NCBI GenBank assembly: GCA_010093605.1
Contig: MU004184.1
Location: forward strand, 1,746,801-1,810,800
Direction of reading: 5' to 3'
DNA length: 64,000 nt
Source: Lophium mytilinum
Taxonomy: Eukaryota
This document shows positions 38,428 through 52,012 of this stretch, in pieces. The position numbers and the translations under genes were made by a program. How positions within the stretch are numbered: the stretch's first letter is position 1; each line of letters begins with the position of its first letter. The notes below the pieces were generated by a model. It was not told where the DNA came from, searched no databases, and saw only the letters and a program-made list of their open reading frames with translations.

Positions 38428-40515
38428 ATGGGTCTCGGCGTCCTAAACGACACCAAGCTCCAGCACGTTCCTGGTACGATTAGGCGTGCTTACACAAGTG
38501 GACCAGACCCTTGAACTGACACCTCATGCAGGAACTGCAACTGTCTTCGATGACGAGGGCAGACTACGCGAGGAGAACGCTGTTCACGACCCGAATTTGA
38601 AGTATGATACGACGGGCACCATCATCCTCATACCTCAACCTTCAAACGACCCCAATGACCCCCTCGTGAGTTTGGCAAACGGAATGTCTTGTTTCATAGC
38701 TAAATCAGTCAGAATTGGCCATTATGGCGACGCGACCTCATCCTCCTGACGCTATCGCTGTTGTCCGTGATCGCCTCGACACTAAGTCCTCTTCTCGCAG
38801 CGGATACCCTCTCCCTCTCGCTATACTTCGGACGTACATTCACGGACGTGGCTCTCTTGACTGGCTATCACCTCCTTGGTGTTGGAGTAGCCGGGTTTCT
38901 TTTTGTTCCGTCGGCAAGAATTTGGGGGAAGAGGCATCTATACCTATTGGGCACGGTGGTGCTGGTATTCAGCAGTGCTTGGGGCGGCGCAAGCAACAAG
39001 AACTACAAAAGTCTGCTGTGGGCACGAATCTTTCAAGGCATTGGACTGGCGCCCTTTGAAGCCCTCGTAAACGCCAGCGTCGGCGACCTTTACCATGTCC
39101 ACCAGCGAGGGAAACGCATGGCTCTGTCCAATCTGGCCCTCTTCGGCGGCGCATTCTTCACCCCAGTCCTAGTGGGCAAGATTGCGGATACTATGAGCTG
39201 GCAATGGACATTTTATTTCGTGGCTATCTTCTCCGGGGCACTGCTTCCAGTAGTAGTGTTCTTCGTCCCAGAGACGGCCTTTCGACGAGACGCGGTCTTC
39301 AATACGGATACGGCAACGACCAATACTCCAAGTCCTCATATTGACCCTGGAAGTCGCATAGAACTGGAGGGTTCTCCTAATTCGGTTATTGAATCTCCAC
39401 GAGACTCACAACAGGACATCACCAGAGCGACGCAGAAAGAAATGAGCGTTGAGCAAGCCGGCGACACTGCTCCCCCACCTACAAAGACAAGCTGGGCGAA
39501 GAGTTTGCTTGCTTTTAATGGAAGGAAATCCGACGACAAGTATCTGCATCTACTTCTTAGGCCCTTTACACTGTTTTTTCATCCGGGCATTTTCTGGGTA
39601 CGCCTTTCAAATGAAGTTCTACTCAGGTGCGAAATCCTAGTGTACTAACAATATTCAGGCATGTCTCATTCAGGGCACCCTCATAGGGTGGACCGTCATG
39701 ATCGGTATCGTGCTCGCAGCTATTATGCTTGGACCCCCTCTCTTCTTTGGCGAAGTCGAGACCGGTTACATGTACACTGGTGCATTTGTAGGCGCCCTCC
39801 TGGGCTTTGTGTTGGCGGGGCTGATCTCTGACTGGTCGGCATCGTACTTGACACGCCTCAATCGCGGTATCTACGAGCCAGAATTCCGGCTTATCTTGGT
39901 GATACCGCAACTCGTCTTTGGATGCGCGGGCCTCTATGGCTTTGGCATCGTGAGTGATAACATCGGAAAATACAAATGGTTCTGTAAGTTCAGACTATCC
40001 AGTCCTGACCAACAATAGTGACTAATGTTTCGATCTGTGTAGGGCCGGACTTCTTCTTCGCATTGGAGGTCATGGGCATGGTTCTAGGAGCGGTAGCCAG
40101 CGCGTTATATATTGTTGACGCTCATCGTAAGTTTACACTACCCTCTATGGTAAAACCTAGTGTTTCTACTCGCTAACGCTGCAATTTTCCCAGGCGAAAT
40201 ATCTGTTGAAGCTTTCACGTGTTTACTTGTCTTCAAGAATATCTTCAGTTTCGGTCTTACTTGGAGTAGTTACGACTGGCTAGTGCAGACTGGTGTCAAG
40301 CCTGTATTTATGGCTGTGGCGAGTGTTCAGGTTGTTGTCTGTTTACTAAGCATACCAATGTGTATGTTTCCTCTGCTTAAACACGCTATTTGCGAAAGGT
40401 GTATTGCTAACAATAAGCAGACATTTTCGGAAAGAAGAACCGCTCCTTCATTGCTCGGCATAACATTTTCTTCAAGATTTCAGACAAGGTCGCAGACTGG
40501 TTGACGTTTTGGTAG
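38428..40515 (+). CDS. Major facilitator superfamily transporter (Hol1/DHA1-like), multi-exon
   Basis: MGLGVLNDTKLQHVP|GT, IILIPQPSNDPNDPL|NWP, WGKRHLYL, ARIFQGIG, FFVPETAF, GIYEPEFRL; many hydrophobic helices. Confidence 0.93.
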
Positions 40516-40607
40516 ACGATTATAATCTATATATTATAAATAAATAGGATCATGTTCTCCACGGCCAAAAGAAAACTCCGCTAAAAGATAACCTCATGAT
40601 TAAGATA

Positions 40608-40817
40608 CTAGGTAGCTTTACACGAGCAAATAGCTAATAGCAATTAGTTGTAAGCGTTGGCAGTTCGTGCAAGCTTGAGCTGTTTCGCTAGCAAACCTGG
40701 AGCGGGATGAATTAGAAACGACTAGAGTGATCTATCATGTTAAGTCTTTTTTGCCCAGCTAACTAGAGTGCCATAAACTAGAAACGATTGGAGCCCATCC
40801 GTTCTTTCGCCAAGAGC
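40608..40817. mobile_element. LTR-like repeat copy 2 (inverted relative to copy 1; one terminus missing)
   Basis: 40649-40817 is the reverse complement of 27429-27597 with 8 substitutions; 40608-40651 matches the companion segment 27370-27413. Confidence 0.75.
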
Positions 40818-41048
40818 GTCTTCATTATACGCAAGGAATTGCGATTGACTGTCACATTTGATTGAGACCACCAATCGATAGTGGGCCGGGAGCCCTTAAT
40901 TTTCTATTCTTACAAAACTTGATGCTTTTTCTCTACTAAACACGAGCTATCATAAAAGCCCCTATGTATTCTCCCCTATCTACAACCTCCATGCTATGCT
41001 CACGCTATGCACAAAAGCCAGACCCCTCCTTTGCCCCTACCTACCCAT

Positions 41049-44000
41049 CTACTGCAAATACCCCTTCTTCGCCAACCACGCCTTGACATCCTCAGCATCC
41101 CGCTCAATCCAGCTCGACTTCGCGCGAATAGCATCCAAGCTCTGCGCGAGCGCCTGATCGAAGCCCTTGGTGCTCTTCTTGGCAAAGAAGTCCTGGATAT
41201 CGCGCATCTGCTCCGGGTGCGTGAAGCTAGCCGTGCTGATGGAGACGACGGAGCCCAGCATCGTGAGGCCAGGGGGCAGCTTCTTCTCGAGCTCGTCCCA
41301 GTTGGCCTTCATCCAGGCCCACAGGGCTTTGATGCCCTCGGGGTGCGAGCGCAGGCTGGCCATGGGCAGGTAGATGTCTTGGCCCTTGACCTCGTCGCTG
41401 AGGGGTAGGGAGAGGGTGCGCTGGATTAGCTCGGGGGACTTGGCGCGGCCGATGGAGCGGAGGGCTGTGTTGCGCTCGTCGCTGGTGGCGGCGGTGCGGT
41501 ATTGTTCCAAAATGACGTCGTACTGCGAAGAGTTAGTCAAAGATTGCGGATGGGTTAAACTGGGGGGAGGCTTACCTCTTCGGCACCCCCGTTGCTCAAG
41601 ACGATAGCGTAGACGCTACCGCGGATGTTGGGGTGGATGGCCGACTTGTCGCCCTTCTTGAACTTGTCGAACATGGCGAAGGCCGCCTTGGTGATCTGCT
41701 CGTCTTTGGCAACACCGGCGCTGCCGAACATGAGAGACTTGAACTGCTGTTCAATGTGCCCGTCAGAGTCCTTGAAGTCCCAGCCGAGCTGGTGCGCCTT
41801 TTCTCCGACCAAATCCAGCTGGAATTTCTTGAGGGCGGTCCTCACGGCCTCGTCCTCGAAAATCCAGGCGGACCGAAGGGTGCTAATGCGGCCGGTGATC
41901 TCGCCCCAGACCACATACTCAGGCTCGTTCTTGAAGCTCTCGAGGAGCGACAAGATGCCGGAAGTCTTTTGATACCCGGAAGCCGCAAGAGCGCCGGCAT
42001 CAGCGATCATACCCGCGCGATCTTCCACAGTCAAAAGTCCCTCCCGAGCAGCTTTTCCAAGCTTCTCAAGCCGTTCAGGAGTGTAGGACGTCCGGTAAAT
42101 ACCAGAGTGATCGGCGTTCAGCTTGAAGAAATCGAGGTCCTTGACCTTGAAGTTGCCCTCGCGGGAATCCAAAGTCAAATCTTCGTTAATGCCATCCTTC
42201 GTTCGGAGGCCAAGGAAGACTGGGAAGAGAGTCTTATCCTCTTCAGGTTTCACATCAGCAGTCCGCAAGAAGCGATTCTGCTTGACATGAATAGAACCTG
42301 CCTTCTCATCCTCGGTAACCGTGACAACAGGGAACCCAACGTTCTTGGTCCAGATGTCCATGACCTTTTCCAGCTCTTTGCCGCTTGCATCACTCAATGC
42401 AGCCCACAAATCGCCGGTCTGGGTGTTGCCGTATGCGTGCTTCTTGAGATAGCGTCTTATGCCCTCCATGAAGACGTCTTCGCCAATGTACTTGGAGATC
42501 ATGCGCAGGACGCATGAGCCCTTGGAGTACGAGATGGCGTCGAAAATCTGGTTGATCTCGTCGGCACGCTTGACTGGAACCTCGATAGGATGGCTGCTTC
42601 GTAGAGAATCCAGAGAAAGAGCACTCTGTAGATTGTCGGTGACGTAGCCTTCCCAGACCTTCCACTCGGGGTAGAATTCGTTGCACGAGTACCACGACAT
42701 CCATGTGGCAAATCCTTCGTTGAGCCAAAGACCGTCCCAGAAATCCATAGTAACAAGGTTACCGAACCATTGATGGGCGAGCTCGTGCTGTACGACCTCG
42801 GCGACTCGCTGCTTGGTGGAAGCACCGCTAACCTTCTCATCGAACAGCAAGTCTACGACACGGTACGTCACGAGGCCCCAGTTCTCCATGGCGCCAGCAC
42901 TGAAGTCAGGGATGGCAACCATGTCCATTTTGGGCAAGGGAAATGGGCTGTTGAATTTCTTCTCATAGAAATCTAGGGTGCGGGCAGCAAGCTCGAGCGA
43001 GAATCGGCCGTGCTCGATGTCCCTATCGGGAGGCGCGAAAACACGAACGGGGACGCGGAAGTTGTTGGTCTCGATAACGTTGAGTTCTCCCACGATGAAG
43101 GCCAGGAGGTAGGTCGACATGAGCGGGGTTTTGCCGAAGGTCACGGCCTTCTTCTTGCTCCCGCTCATCTGCGAGTCCACCTCGGTCTCCGACACTTGGT
43201 CCATGTTGCTCAAGCACGTCAGGTTCTTTTCCGCGATCAATGTGATGGTGAACTCGGCCTTCAGGGCCGGCTCGTCGAAGCACGGGAAGGCCCTCCGAGC
43301 GTCTGTGGGCTCCATCTGGGTAGTAGCCATAAACTTTTCAGAGCCATCAGCACCCTTATATGACGAACGGTAGAAGCCAGCCATGTTGTTGTTCAGTTCG
43401 CCGGAGAAGGTCTGCGTAAGCGTAGCCTTGGACCCCGCGGGGATGGTGTCATTGAACGACACGGTGGTGGTCTGGGTGTCCTCATTGTAGCTGACCTTCG
43501 GCGACGAGGAAATAAGCTTGTCGCCGGAGCTGACTTTGGTGGAGTGGATTTTCAGGTCGATGGTATTGAGGGCGATTTCGGTGGTGTCTTCGACGACGTC
43601 CAGGCTGTCAATTGGGTCAGTGACGTGCCATATGTATCGAAGCTGCAGCTTAACAACAAGACTTACTCAATCACAACGGTGCCCTCATACTTGAAGGTCT
43701 CCAGGTTTGGCTCGAGGGTTAGATGGTAGTGGAGGGGCTTGACATTCTTGGGCAGGACCTCACGGCCCTTGGTGATGTCAATGGAGGAGCTCGACACGTC
43801 AGTGCCGAAGGTGTGCTTGCACATGTTGCGCTGGTAGGAGCAATGGCGGACTTGTTTGGGTGCGTTGTGCAGCAGTCTCTGGGGGCGTGGAGTCTGGTTG
43901 TTGTTTGGCGGGGTGGCGGGGCATTTGTAGGCGGTGGATTTGGTGTGTGAGGCGTGCGAGAAGCTGCGGCGGCCGTCCCTGACAGGCAGCCGACAAGGCG

Positions 44001-44112
44001 CGTAGGAGGAAGCGGCCAGCAGCGGCCTCAATCGCGTATCCAGCTGCCTCGTTGGCACCCTGCGCAGGCCCGTCGCGGCGAGGCGCCCTCCATTGGGCCA
44101 GAGATGTAGCAT
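41049..44112 (-). CDS. M1 family alanyl aminopeptidase (Ape2/Aap1-like), 3 exons
   Basis: TQMEPTDARRAFPCFDEP, GAMENWGL, HELAHQWFGNLVTMDFWDGLWLNE (HExxH-18x-E), SYSKG; alternative starts at 44112 and 43824. Confidence 0.96.
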
Positions 44113-45069
44113 TTGGCGGCGGTGATGGCCTGGGATTGATGGCGAAGACAGTGAATGCTGGGCCCCGGAGCGCGAAAGAGGCCGCAGATCACGCTTTCGC
44201 TTCGCTAAAATTGTCATAAAAGCTCCCCAGGCCACTTGCGAGCTTCTTCTTCACATACGCAAGCCAAGTTTTCAGCCCTCCCCGATCCATCTCACAGAGG
44301 GCTGTTGTGCAGGTGCTTCGGCGCCGTGCTTGCTAGAGAGACTGTATCCAAACGTTTGAGCCTGCCACAACCTCGATGAGTGGACCGGTATAAAAGATTT
44401 GGCACATACCACCGTATCCTCGGAGCCATTTTGCAGCGACCTTCTATATAAAAGCCACAATACTTCCGTTATTCGGCTTAGCATGGACTCGAGTCTGACA
44501 GACGTACCCCACAACCACGCTTCTACACCGCTCCCTTCAAGAATACCGCGCATTGGACGTGCAGGTGCTCGTATGGAGGAGCTTCTTCATGCTCATAGAT
44601 TGTCTCCCAGTGGGACTTGACACTCACAAAGCTTGGAACTAAGATCACGTTCTCGGTCCAAGACTCTGAAGATGTATCATTTGCTGGACGTTGGTTCTTC
44701 TCTTCCTCGTCGTCGCCCAAGAGCCTGATGCAGGTCAAGCCACGCGGTCACGGGTGCGTCTTAATTGCGCGAGAGGTGGCTGGGAAAGCAGGTGAAGCGG
44801 CCACGAGCTGGTGTTCCAAGCTGCCTTGCACCCACTCCTCCTCCACTGCGCCCCAGGCGGCCTACACTCGCTTTCTGGCCTGATCGCTATGTTCTTGCAA
44901 TGATCTTCTCCCTCTAGTACCATCATATACCGACTATCTCCTCACATCTGCTACGCGCCCAGCCTTCACGGAACTCCGTCCTAGCCCTAGCCTACCCCAC
45001 CCGTCTCACGGCCAGAGCCGCCAGCCTCATCGCGAACTCGAAATCGCATTCGCGCCCACCGTTTCCACA

Positions 45070-45639
45070 ATGTGTCTCTTCAAAGTCAAGCAAGAAGAGG
45101 AGGTCGTAGTCCCCTACCGCGTCCACCGCGCGCGATCGCCGTCCCCGCGCCGCCGATCCACCCAGCGCATCTCCCAGTCTCGCACCGAAGTCATCAGAGA
45201 ATCGCGCCCGCAGTCTTCCACCTACATCGTGCCCGCCCCGCAGAAGCACTACCCGGCCATTCCAGCACCCCAGCCGGTGCCCGTCTTCGTGCAGCCGCCT
45301 CCGCCGCGCCCGGTTTCCAATCGTGGCGGCGCTCCGCAATACGTCGAGGTCAGCCCGCGCTCCAGCGTGACCAGCGCCAGCCGCAGCGACTATGTGATTG
45401 AAGAGCGCGAGGTGCGGAGGGAGCGCCGGGAGTACTCTCCGCGCAGGAGGACCCCGAGCCCCCAGTATGAGACGTTCCGCTATATCGATCCGCCCGAGCA
45501 GCGCTATGCGCCGCGGGAGAGGAGCAGGAGTCGCGACCGGAGGAGCTATGCGGACGACCGCGGAATTGTGCGCGAGACGAGGGAGAGAGTGCTCATTGTA
45601 GACGATGACGGGAGGAGGCGGCGGGAGTATCGCCGGTAG
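45070..45639 (+). CDS. Hypothetical Arg/Ser/Pro-rich low-complexity protein, 189 aa
   Basis: CACAATG start, single ORF, coding-like codon bias. Confidence 0.75.
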   Translation: MCLFKVKQEEEVVVPYRVHRARSPSPRRRSTQRISQSRTEVIRESRPQSSTYIVPAPQKHYPAIPAPQPVPVFVQPPPPRPVSNRGGAPQYVEVSPRSSVTSASRSDYVIEEREVRRERREYSPRRRTPSPQYETFRYIDPPEQRYAPRERSRSRDRRSYADDRGIVRETRERVLIVDDDGRRRREYRR

Positions 45640-46041
45640 TGGGTGATAGCTCAGACGTCGCAGAGGATATGGAGGTGCATTTTCAGGAACGAGGGCCACG
45701 GCTTGATCACGTTACGTCGTTGCTTCTCACATGAGAATATTTTCAGATTTCCGCTTCTTTAACGGGCGTCTTGGATTGTCTACAATTTCAGCCTTATATA
45801 CATTACTTTGATCCCTGATCTCAATGAACGCCTTTCAGCCCTACCAAAAGTGACGTGAATCAATAGGCGATGTGGGACAACCACCTCGAAAACGCCATGG
45901 GCATGTGCTCTCACCACGCTCCCAGCTCCCTCCCTCTCTTCCACGCCCTCCAAAGCAAACCGAATACCTAGACATGCAGCGTCCCGCAACACCGCTGCCT
46001 ACCCGTGTTGCTGCTGCTGCTCCTCCGCCCCTCCTCCCACA

Positions 46042-49000
46042 ATGTCTATCCGCGTCCTGATCAAGGACTATCCGAACCGCGCCATCGCCCTCGCGACCGC
46101 CTCCCACGTCCTCATCCTGCGCCACAGCCCCACGAGCACCGAGAACAACGGGTCGCATAATAACTCCTCGACCTCTCTAGCCAGCAATGGCGCCGCTTCA
46201 GCTCGCTGCATGGTGGAGTTTGCTGCCGTGGACCAGGTGGATCTCAGCGAGTATAGGTCGCTAAGCTCGCTGTCAGTCCACGGGACGCTGGGGCTTATAA
46301 CTGTGAACGGAGATGTGTTTCTGGTGGTTGTGAGCGGGGCGAGTAAAGTCGCAAGTGTGCGGCCGGGCGAGACGGTGTTGAGAATACATTCGGTCAATTT
46401 TTGTGGGTGTGCCTTTGCTTAGGACTTCTACAGATATACCTTTTTAAAGATGGGCTTGGGACTGAGATTTGGGGATTACGGACCGTGCTAATGGGGATTC
46501 AGATTGCTTGAATAGTTCCAACTACGACCACCTCATGAACGATGAGATAAATCCGTACCCCACAGACACGATTGATGAGGAGGGCTTTGAGATGGGCTAT
46601 GGCCGCGGCAAAGGGGAGAGTCCACTGGAGCATCCATGTCTGGCGTTGAAGAAGCTGCTGAGTAGTGGCACTTTTTATTATAGTGCGGATTTTGACCTTA
46701 CGAGGCGGCTTCAGGATAGGTGGGTGGAGATATACACTTTGAAGTACGAAGAGAAGTGCTGACTCTTACTTTCTAGGTCTTCAGATGCGTCTACTGTTGC
46801 GATTGACAGCTTAGATGCCGGATTCTTATGGAACTCGTACATGATCCAACCTCTAGTCGATTTCAGATCACGCCTATCACAGCGGGAAAAGGATGCTTTG
46901 GATGCTTCGAGGATCCTGACGTCTGCGATTCGTGGATTTGCGCTCACTATCACCGTTCCGGCGCATTCCAACCCTCTTCGCTCAAGCAAATCAGGGATGC
47001 CGTCCGCGATGACTCTCATATCCAGATTATCTTGCAGAAGAGCTGGGACAAGATTTAACGCCCGAGGAATCGATGATGACGGCAACGTAGCTAACTTTGT
47101 CGAGACCGAGACCATCTTCTGGTCGCCAACTGGCGTCTGCTTCTCCTATGTCCAAGTCAGGGGCAGTGTTCCCGTGTTCTGGGAGCAAGTCGCTGGTCTC
47201 ATCCCTGGGCAGCAGAAGATCTCGATCACGAGGTCATCAGAGGCGACCCAACCAGCGTTCGATAAACATTTCGAGAATCTGGAATTGGCTTACGGCGCCG
47301 TGCACGTAGTCAACCTCCTCAGCAACGAGAAACCAGGAGAGCTTGACCTAACGAATCGATACCGCCATCACATCAACCGCAGCGCCCTCAACAACACTCA
47401 CGAAAAAGAGTCATCGCACGACCACGAGCTGCTTCAACTCACCGACTTCGACTTCCACGCTGAGACTCGGGGAGTGGGGTATGAGTCTGCGAGTATCATC
47501 TCGCAGCTGATCTCGCACTCCGCAGACGGCTTCGCGTACTACCTATCCGAAGAAACAGACGAAAGCCCAAGATCTGGACAAAATGACGGTGGTCAAACGA
47601 TTCGTCGTCCTTTCACAATTCTGCAGCAGGAAGGCATTTTCAGAACGAATTGTTTGGATTGTCTGGATCGTACGAACTTGATACAGACGATCATTAGCAA
47701 GATGGCGCTTGAAGCTTTTTTGAGTCACAAGGGACTTACTGCTAGTCAAGACTTTTGGGTCAGACATGGGAGTATGTGGGCGGATAATGGAGACGTATGT
47801 TCATGATACTATTGGGGGATGAAAGAAGCGGCTAACAGACTATCTAGGCGCTATCACGAATATATGCGGGTACTGGAGCTTTGAAGTCGTCTTTTACAAG
47901 ACATGGAAAGATGTCAATTGCCGGTGCGCTGGCAGATGCGCGGAAAAGCGCTACCCGGATGTATATCAATAACTTTGCGGACAAGGGTCGGCAGAATACG
48001 ATTGATATGCTTTTAGTATGTTCGACTCCTTCGATTCGTTGGGGCCATGCTAAACTTGGCGTAGGGTCGACTAATGGGCCAAGTTCCCGTTCATCTCTAT
48101 GATCCAATTAATGACTACGTACTGAACGAGTTGAACAAAAGGTTTGCAACATTACACGATGAAATATCGTACAAAACACTAATACATATCAGATCTGCTG
48201 AATATTCAGAAAACGCAGTCATCCACATACTGGTGGGAACTTTCAATCTCAACGGCAAGACCAATGGCATCGATCAAGACCTGTCCGCATGGCTATGTCC
48301 AGATGTCGAAACCTCTCAGCAATGCCCCGAAATAGTAGCAGTCGGCTTTCAAGAAATTGTCGACCTCAGCCCCCAACAGATCATGTCCACAGACCCTGCT
48401 AGGCGCCAAAGATGGGAGCACGCGGTCAAGCAATGTTTAAATCAAAATGCCCGAAAACACGGCCAAGAAGAATACGTCAATCTTCGTGGCGGGCAGCTTG
48501 TTGGCGCCTCACTTTCTATATTCGTACGCGCAAATGCGTTGAAGCTTATTAAGAACGTGGAAGGCAGCCTGAAGAAGACTGGAATGTCTGGAATGGCAGG
48601 AAACAAGGGTGCCGTGGCGATTCGAATGGAGTATGCGAACACCTCGATCTGTTTCGTGACGGCTCATCTTGCGGCCGGTTTTGCCAATTACGAGGAGAGA
48701 AATCGGGACTACAAGACTATCAGCCATGGGTTGCGGTTTGCAAGGAATCGATCAATCGAGGATCACGACACGGTCATTTGGTTGGGAGACTTCAACTACC
48801 GGGTTGGGTTGAGCAATGATAAGGTGCAAAAGCTCATTCAGGTTGGGGATTATGAGACACTGTATGAGAACGACCAGGTAAGCTCTCTTGGGGAATTGTT
48901 CTCCACAGTTGCTAACATTCTCAGCTTAATCTCCAAATGGTTGCTGGCTTGACGTTCCCATACTACTCTGAAGCTAGAATCACCTTCCCTCCAACCTACA

Positions 49001-50241
49001 AGTTCGATCTTGGGACAGATCGATATGACACGTCGTAAGTGCCACGATCCCAGTTTTCAGGTTCCACTCCTAACTATGCCCAGTGAGAAAGCTCGTATCC
49101 CAGCGTGGTGCGACCGTGTACTTCGGAAAGGCGACAACCTCCGCCAAATTAACTACAACTCCGCAGACCTCAAGTTTTCAGACCACCGCCCCGTGTACGC
49201 CACGTTCCAATGCCTCATCAGCAAAGTCGATGAGAAGAAGAAGGAATCCCTCAGCAATGACCTCTACTACCAACGCCGTGCCAATGTCGGTGACTCTACT
49301 GCTAACGGCCCTATGGATGACTCGGATGATGAGGACCTAATTGGCTACGACTCCATCGAGCCGGGATTGCCGCCAGCGAGTTCAGACAAGCGGAAATGGT
49401 GGCTTGATAACGGTAAGACCTTCGCTTCCAAGCCTCAAAGACGCATCTAACAGCCCCAGGCCTCCCAGCCCGTTCCCGTGTGCAACCACCAGCCCCCGAC
49501 TACCTCCCCAATCCCGCCCGCCCATCAAACCCCTTCACCCCATCCCCAGAACCCGACTGGGTCGAAGTCCACCGCCTCCCAGACCGCTCCCGCAACGGAC
49601 CTCCATCCTCCAACTCCCCAACCTTCGTCTCCCAACAGCAGCAGAGACAGACCGGCGGAGGCGGAGGCGGAGGCGGCCGCAAACTCGTGGCACCCCCCTT
49701 CCTCCCCGCGCCCGCGCAAGCCACAAGCTTCGTAGACGGCGAGGGCGCCCGCTCGAATCCCACACCACCCCCAGCATCCACATCTACACCCACCACTACC
49801 CTACGCAAGGAAGCCGGAACTGCGAATGGAAACGGAAACGCAACCCGCCCAATCCCTATCGTAACGCGCTCCTCAGCCGCCATCCGCAAGCCCGCGCCCC
49901 CCGTGCCGAAGAAACCGAGTCTGCTCACGACATCGCCCTCTGTTACCCCGTCGCCGACGGTCAGTGGCGCGACGCGGGCGAGCGAGGTGCCGTTCCCGCC
50001 GCCGCCGCGTCGGTCGACTTCTGTGCTGCAGAAAGTGCCGCCGTCGGGGGGGAGCGGGAGGAGTGTTAGTGGGAGGGGGGAGGAAGGGGAGGATGAGGGG
50101 CCACCGCTGCCGCCACGGAGGGCGGGGACGGTGGTTGAGAACCCGCGGGCGGTGCAGCGCGGTCAGGGGATCATGGATGAGCGGGATGAGGGGGAGTTGG
50201 AGGAGTTGAGGGGGTGGGAGGTTTTGAGACCTGTGCGGTAA
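46042..50241 (+). CDS. Synaptojanin-like inositol polyphosphate 5-phosphatase (Inp52/Inp53-type), multi-exon
   Basis: Sac1 domain (RAGTRFNARGIDDDGNVANFVETE, RTNCLDCLDRTN), 5-phosphatase domain (GFQEIV, GNKGAV, WLGDFNYR, PAWCDRVL, SDHRPV), proline-rich tail. Confidence 0.96.
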
Positions 50242-50983
50242 TCCATCTTATGATGTGAAGGAGGAGAGATGATGGGGGTTTTGCCGGTTTGGTAGGGAGG
50301 TAGCGATCCTGCGTTGGGGGTTTATGAGCATGTAATGACTAGAAAAGCGTTATGGATTAGTTTTGGGTTAGCGGGATGGTGGGGATAATTGCTCTGGGTA
50401 TGGGAAGAGGAATGACTTGATTGTGTATGTTCTCGTTCGTGCATCGTCGTTGTGATATTGTGGCGTGCTCTGCTCAAGCTAGGGCTGGGGCTGTGAGAAT
50501 CCAGTAGGATATCGTACCTAGCCATTGGTCTCTCGATCGCCATATGCTCCACGCACTATAGAGAGAGCTTAGCGGCCACACTGAACGAACTTCTCACCCC
50601 ATCTATTTCCAATTGCTATATTAGGACTACAACACCCTCTTAGTCATCCACCATGTTCCCCTTTAGGCAATAGGCCCGACCACCCGAACGTCAGCCATTT
50701 CTTTATTATAATTATATATGTTTTTAACACTGACCAAGCAGAAGCCAGAGCTGAAGCCCCCACGGTTGGCTTAATTGCGACCGACCTAATGAAGAAAATG
50801 CCGACTCAGCGATTCAGCGGTCGCCAGTAGCTGTGGCTAAACATATATATATCTTGCTACCGTCCACCCAGCTTGTCGATTGTCCTTTAGTGTATTCGTA
50901 ACTCAACCTCACTTCATTTCTCTTCTTTCTACGTTCCCGTTTTCTCTCATACAACGGTAAAAGCCAGGGTGTTCGGCGCAGAA

Positions 50984-52012
50984 ATGCCCACACCCCAATC
51001 AACAGGCCTCGACGAGCCCGTCCTTGCGGGCCCGTTCCATCTCTTCGATGGCTCGTTCATAGTGGAGTTTTTGACGCCGCATCCGAGTCGAAACGCGACG
51101 TGCGTTTCTTTCCCGTCTCTTTAACTCCTGTCCCATTCCTCTTCCCTCTTTCCCTCGGGTTAACAGAGTATCTTCAGTGTGCTGATGCGCGCCACATACG
51201 TGCACGCACACCCAAACACGAAGCTAGGAAAGACGCACCCGCAGTCCCCCCCGCTGCATCTGCATTTCGACCAGTCCGAGACCTTCACCGTGCTGAGCGG
51301 CGCCGTGGGGACGACGGACTCGTGGGCAGCGGTGGATCGCATCTGGACGAAGGAGGATGGCGATCATGAGATTGCGCCGTGGGTGCCGCATAGGTTCTGG
51401 CCGAGTCCGAGTGCGACTGAAGATACTGTGAGTGAGCTTGATTCTTGTCCTTAATTCTCGATTAGTATTTGTATGCTCGTCTATTACCATGTAAGCATGT
51501 ATACGTCTGGGTATTGTGAATAAGGGGAAAGGGATAAGTGGATGAGTGCTAATTCGATGAGATTAGACCATCCTTGTATGGGCGCATCCAACAAACGTGC
51601 CTGAGCCGATGGACTGGCTGTTTTTCCAGAATTTGTTGATGCTGGTGAGCGATATTACGGAGAAGAAGAGGCCGATGAATCCGTTGCCGATTATGTTGAT
51701 ACAGTACGTTCCCCTTTCTACTCTAGTGGATCTCTTTCGTATCTGGTGGCTGGGTTTGGATGCCATAGAGGGTGTAGAGCCCCGGCAGTGCGCGGAGTGA
51801 TGATGTGCTGATTGCAACGTAGACATATCTCCGCCACAGCGCTGGTGTGGTTCCCGACAGCGACGTGGCTAGGGCCGCTGCGGTGGTGGGTGCCGTTTCA
51901 GATTCAAGCGGCGTTCGCACAGGTGGCAAGGTGGTGTGGGTATACGCCGCTTATGGAGAAGTATACGCCGAAGGAGGAGTGGGAGAAGTATATTAGGCCG
52001 AAGAAAGACTGA
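50984..52012 (+). CDS. Cupin-domain protein, 4 exons
   Basis: MPTPQSTG...NAT|VLMRATY...PPLHLHFDQSETFTVLSG (cupin motif 1), IAPWVPHRFW (motif 2); GT-AG introns. Confidence 0.82.
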
